Assembly: GCF_003918875.1 (NCBI RefSeq)
Contig: NW_025765192.1
Location: forward strand, 1,922,001-1,986,000
DNA: 64,000 nt
Source: Haliotis rubra
Lineage: Eukaryota
Reading direction: 5' to 3'
A program made the position numbers and the translations under genes. The notes under the pieces are model-generated. The model ran no database searches, had not been told where the DNA came from, and saw only the letters and a list, made by a program, of their open reading frames with translations. Of the stretch, positions 59,003-64,000 are shown piece after piece; the first letter of the stretch is position 1, and each line of letters begins with the position of its first letter.

Positions 59003-60736
59003 TACCCATGAGATATATGTTATCAAAATCAGTAAGAGATTTCACATGAGCTTGAAAATATTTCGCTATGACGTTCTTTTCGATTTGGAGCCCTAAATGC
59101 TGCAGACTACCCGAAACATTGCCGAATACAACGGCAAATCATGAAGTACTGGTTGCTTTCATTGTTTTCCATTTTGTGCAATTACGCACGTCGGCATCAG
59201 ACTCGCTATTTCTCTGTAGTGTATGCCGTGAAAGTTGTTCTGTGTTCACATTGGTTGAAAGATGCCATTCTAAGGCTATGGCCGAGTACCATAACTTTTT
59301 CCGTAACCAAACACTGGGGAAACATACATTGTCCTGACAAGTATTTTATAATTCACCAGTTTTCGGGGAATAACTTATCTGCGTCGCGAATATTATCTCT
59401 GTTCGACCAGGCTGGGATTTTGTGTCCAGGCTGGGATTTTTGAGAATTGCTGCGTTATTAATGAGAACTAGGATCCTAATTTCTTTTCAACAAAATAACT
59501 CCAGTGTAATTTTTGTAGCAGATAATTTCTATTTTCCCCCGTCTGAAGCATAATTATTGTGTTTTTAAATCCCAGTCACCCATTTGACACAAAAGGAACT
59601 GCAATCACATTGCAAAAATATAATTCTTAGGGACTGGCCAAATACTTATAGGGGTGGGTTTGCTGGTTGGAACTGTATCACATTTTGCTGTCAAATAGTA
59701 TTCTTGTTAAATGATATGGTTCATGTTTAAATTTATTTTGAACTCAAGCGGTGGCTCCGTTTCGCTTGATTCTTCTTCTTCATCTTCACTGGAAGATTGT
59801 AAAATCGCATCGTACTGATACGGTGTAACATCCATTTCAGAAATGACATCAGGAACACCTTTTACTGCTTCAGAATCCATGGACACTGTTAAGTTGTGAG
59901 GTAAAATCAAAGCGTCTGCCATCAGCAACAGGCACATATGACGTCATGTCACGTGATACCCCCTCTGCTCATTAACTGTCGGGTGTTTCCGTAAAAGGCG
60001 GAAGTACGAGTACGTTTTTTGTGGTTTTATTGCTATTTTACAAACTTTTGTTCAGTTTTAATCACGGAAGGTGACTTTTAGAATATCCTTTACAATATAT
60101 CAAAAGTTTTGTTTTCGTTCGGATTCTCCTTTAAAAAGAGCTCTGCGATTATACCACTGGACCAATTGGGTAAATTGTGCAATGAAAACAAATCTACCAC
60201 TGAACAGAATGTATCATGGCAACAAACCAGTGGTATCCACAGAACGGAAATATAGACGACATTAGACTTGAAAATATTTGTTAAACGTTTCAAAGCTAAA
60301 GGTCTCTCCAGAAAGATTATTTGAGAATAATGAAGTGGTATCAAAGCAGAAACGCGTGTGTTAACAGCGTGAAACATAATTTATATGAAGCGTGTAAGAT
60401 GGGAAGAGAATAATTGTGCACATTCCAAACTGTCATTCTGCTGCACAGCCACTAATGAGGCTTTGTGTTGTCAGTGTATGTTTAGCCATTGAGATAAAAG
60501 ACAATTTTAGTGACGACTGATGTAAATACCAGAACCATAGTTAACGGCTTCATAGCAATGACATGTTAATGTAAAACACTAAAATCAGTGAGAAGGTGTC
60601 AGCGCCTCCTGTCAAGCGTTTTTCCTCCTTTATCAAGGTGACACGCGTTGATTTTACTCAAATACTATTCACACTAGTGTTGAGCACTGACCCTGGCTTG
60701 TATCCTCACCCGGCAGTGCAGAGGCAGGTAGCTGAA

Positions 60737-61918
60737 ATGATTCTCAAAAGTTTCATCTGCTTGTTAGCACTGACTGGCTTCAGTCGAGAGACCAGCATCA
60801 AGGAACAGAAAAGACTTCTTCATATTTTGCAAGATCACTATGAGCGGCAGGTTTTCCCAAGTGAAACCAGGATGGATATACATGTAAGCTTTTCGTTATC
60901 ACAAATTACTGACCTCAATGAGTGGCAACAGTCCCTGACTACAAATGGATGGTTTACCTTTAAGTGGCTAGATGAATCACTGAAGTGGAACATTTCGGAT
61001 TATGGAGGGATAGACAGGATCTGTATGTCAAGTGAAAAAATATGGATACCCGACATAACGCTCCTCAACACAGTAGAAGAGCGCAAACTGATGAACAATA
61101 AGAATGCGCCTGTGTGTGTAGATCATTCTGGAATGGTAAAGTGGGAACAAGGGGATCTCTACCGAAGTCAGTGTGACTTTGACATTTCCAATTTTCCATT
61201 TGACACTCAGAGCTGCCATCTAACTCTAACAACATGGGTGACCACGAACGAATCTGCTCGTTTCATATTTTCAATTGAGAAAAACGGCACTAATGTTACA
61301 ACAAATGTGAATGGACTGTGGAAGATTGAAGCGTTATCATCTACTGCCATTGATGTCAAATTTCCTCAGCTCATTGTAACAACAAAACTTCAGCGTCGGG
61401 CGTCATATTATGTCCTCAATCTCATCGTCCCTGTCATGTTTCTCTCCCTTCTCAGCTCAGTGGTCTTTGCTCTGCCTATACAATATGGGGATAAAGTGTC
61501 TCTATCCATGACGGTTCTCCTTTCATTCAGTGTATTTCTGACTCAGATGAGCACCAACATGCCCAGGACATCCTTACAGACGTCCTACCTCACCATCTAC
61601 ATGACCCTGCTCCTCTCTCTCAGCTCCCTTGCTGTGGCTATATCAGTTCTCATCCTCAGGATCAATCAGAGAAGAGGAGATGTACCTGTGGTATTGCAGA
61701 AATATGTTGTATCTTCTAAACGTGCAATTAACAAACCGGTTTTGAATGCAGCGGGATCGGAAGTACAGGACACCACAGTTGACAATGAGGAAGAAAGGAA
61801 TAGTAAAACACTGGTCACTTGGAAAGACGTATCTCTTGCACTTGACGATCTGTGTCTGAAATTATTCTTTCTGCTTAATGTTGGTTGTGGTATTGCTTTC
61901 TTTGCGCTTGTCATGTAA
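60737..61918 (+). CDS. Intronless Cys-loop ligand-gated ion channel subunit, nicotinic acetylcholine receptor-like (non-alpha, divergent), 393 aa
   Basis: The first ATG at 60737 begins a hydrophobic signal peptide (MILKSFICLLALTG). Motifs: WLDESLKWN, IWIPDI, Cys-loop CDFDISNFPFDTQSC, RRASYY-M1, M2 GDKVSLSMTVLLSFSVFL, M3, and WKDVSLALD-M4 before the stop. Confidence 0.93.
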   Translation: MILKSFICLLALTGFSRETSIKEQKRLLHILQDHYERQVFPSETRMDIHVSFSLSQITDLNEWQQSLTTNGWFTFKWLDESLKWNISDYGGIDRICMSSEKIWIPDITLLNTVEERKLMNNKNAPVCVDHSGMVKWEQGDLYRSQCDFDISNFPFDTQSCHLTLTTWVTTNESARFIFSIEKNGTNVTTNVNGLWKIEALSSTAIDVKFPQLIVTTKLQRRASYYVLNLIVPVMFLSLLSSVVFALPIQYGDKVSLSMTVLLSFSVFLTQMSTNMPRTSLQTSYLTIYMTLLLSLSSLAVAISVLILRINQRRGDVPVVLQKYVVSSKRAINKPVLNAAGSEVQDTTVDNEEERNSKTLVTWKDVSLALDDLCLKLFFLLNVGCGIAFFALVM

Positions 61919-62746
61919 TGTTTTGCCATTGTTGTATGGAATCTCAATGAACCACGTTTGTGGAAGTCAACCTACTAAACAGCGCTGATGTCATAGTCAC
62001 GTGTTTCTTCATCTAATTTTACTGGCAATATGTGGACCAATCGTGAAAGACGATAACCTATGCAGAGCTTTGGCCATTCGGCATGCCAAAACTTGTGATC
62101 GTTGGCTCGGGGGTAAAAGTGAAACCTACATCACTTCCCCTCATAGACCTAATGTGCCATAATTTAACTGTCCCAAACGGTGTTATATCCGACTCACTCA
62201 CTCAAATAAATCATTATCCTGAAAATGGATAAATTATTTTGAACCTTTTTGCGTGAGATTAAACATTAAGTTGATTAGTTTTTTTTCACAGACCTGGATC
62301 AGACACTGAATATGGTTTCTCATATGTTTCCCTGATTATCAATTGTAGTGGTTGATAGATGAAGTCAACATATTTTTTATGGTAATATTGTTAAAAGTAA
62401 TTAGGTCGTTACTATATTTTCAATTGATGTTGAACTTTTTTGGCCAGATATATACATATACATCAACAACATCTCTTGGTATCTGAAGAATCCCGAGTAA
62501 AAGTACTTTCTTTGAAGTAAAAGCTCTGCTTTTGGGGAGTGAACTTTCTTGTTCAGTATGTCGTAAGGTTGTGTGTGTCGAAGCACACATACACAACTAT
62601 CAGTTTTGATTTGGTGGACCCTCCAACAGCTCGTTTATTACATGGATACTTATTAAGATTTGGAATCCTGTTTAGATCTGGTTTGGATGTATTCGCTTGT
62701 GTTACAGAAATTGATTGATTACGTCGCTATATTCATGGTTGTCTCG

Positions 62747-63158
62747 TAGGGCTGTGTATTGGCAAATAAATTGTATTGCAATATATTGCGATTCAGGTAC
62801 CCGTATTGCGATATATTGGGAACTTACATGTTTGACAGTAGCTGACAATAACTGTGCATATCAATTCTATTTTCTACATTACAAGTCCCTAAACATATAT
62901 TGTATGGTACTGATAACAGAGGTTTCAAAATGACGTTGCATGGTCAGGGATTCTATTTTCATTTGTTACAATTTATAGTATTATAGTACGCCGTTTTGTC
63001 ATTGAATAACGAACGAAGGAAAATATTTTTTGTGAATGAAAGTCTGTGTAGATTTTAATTTAAACCATAAAGATAATCAAAAACTTCATATATGTTCTTT
63101 TATCGTTTGAATAGCATATTGCGATAAACCTGTTTACCGGCAATACCGTGCAGTCCTA
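62747..63158. mobile_element. hAT-type MITE
   Basis: TAGGGCTG / CAGTCCTA termini, subterminal ATATTGCGAT repeats, 8-bp TSD TTGT(C/A)TCG. Confidence 0.8.
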
Positions 63159-63516
63159 TTGTATCGTATTTCCATTTCAGACTGGCATGTTCTGTTTATA
63201 ATACATTGATATAGATACGTTTGCTGACAAATGAAAGTGATGTTTGACACTACGGCTGTGAGGACGAAATAGGTTTATTGTCTTATTTTGTTCACTGTCT
63301 GCCACACCGTCCAACATCATCCATGAAATATGTGGAAAACTTGTTGTTCAATACTTTGGATGCCAGGGTGGCCTGAACCTGAAAACGTTGCATCGTGTCA
63401 ATTTTTAAAGTAACCAGCCCCCTTAACGTTGGCAAGAATGTTATGTATCATGTTTGATTTGCTGTAAATATCGGGTGTTATTTTTTGCGTTTGGTTGTGA
63501 TACTTGCCACACATTA

Positions 63517-64000
63517 CAGTCCGTTTGAGTCAGAAACGGACCGATGAATTGCAAATTTTATCATTGTACAAAATTGCCACATAAATATAAATAGTACACA
63601 TGTTTATCATTTACTAATACCAACAGCTTTCTTATATTTGAAAATTTTCCGGACTCCACCAAACACGTTGTTTAAGAAACTGTCATCATTGAAAACGCAA
63701 ACGTTGTTATCTGTTGCGGCGGGGTGAAACCGCAGAAACGGAACAGCCAGTCATGGCGGGGGGACATCTCAAAATCTATTCCGGGAGACCTGTCGGTTCC
63801 TCGTCTGTCGTAGTGTCATAGTCACGACTTAAAGGGATGACAAGTGGTGCCACAGGTGCCTGTTGTAAGCCATCCCGAGACCAGTAACCTTGTTCAATGA
63901 CGTTAGCTACCTTGTTGACACAGTTTTGCCAAGTTTCAGTCGTGATTTTGTTAAGGGATTCCTTAACCAAAACCTCTACGTCACGTAATCTAAAAGTTGT
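63517..64000 (-). mobile_element. 3' end of a Tc1/IS630-type transposon that runs off the window
   Basis: TA + CAGTCCGTTTGAGTCAGAAACGGACCGATGAATTGCAA TIR. ORF 63776-63970 (LNKITTETWQNCVNKV..GYWSRDG) resembles a DDE transposase C-terminus. Confidence 0.7.

Larger units (their letters stand above)
57906..60130 (+). mobile_element. Decayed Kolobok DNA transposon (THAP remnant on +, KolX-like remnant on -)
   Basis: TTAA TSD at 57902-57905 and 60131-60134; TIR AGGAGAAT(A/C)CGA. THAP-like fragments MVYSVAWGC, FFRFP, KCSDHS and RLKKEELPTRF (~58160-58370). Acidic PYQYD..EDEEE ORF at 59707-59937 on the opposite strand. Confidence 0.75.

Noticed and set aside
60596-60736. 47-aa N-terminal extension of the receptor ORF
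   Set aside because: It starts at GTG; the ATG at 60737 directly precedes a signal peptide.

Overview
This is AT-rich, intron-rich animal genomic DNA. The SINE repertoire and the intronless nicotinic-type receptor suggest a mollusc, possibly a gastropod such as abalone (inference). Three host genes can be built by hand. (1) On the minus strand, a 14-coding-exon secreted astacin (M12A) metalloprotease (16161->3137, ~720 aa) with the order signal peptide-prodomain-astacin-Pro/Thr linker-TSP1-WSC-like-TSP1-CUB-sushi; it carries an apparent +1 frameshift just before the Met-turn. (2) Head-to-head with it, an 11-exon WIPI2/ATG18 autophagy gene (21470->50874, ~440 aa). (3) An intronless, divergent Cys-loop (nAChR-like) channel subunit (60737-61918). 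Introns and intergenic DNA hold many mobile elements: a DIRS1-type retrotransposon with intact ITR/ICR architecture, decayed MULE, Tc1 and Kolobok elements, P-like, hAT, Harbinger and Tc1 MITEs, a Helentron/HINE-like element, three SINE families and several satellites. The most unusual signals are a SINE family whose 5' head folds into a nested pseudoknot, and a Penelope-type hammerhead palindrome. All coordinates were read by eye and no searches were run.
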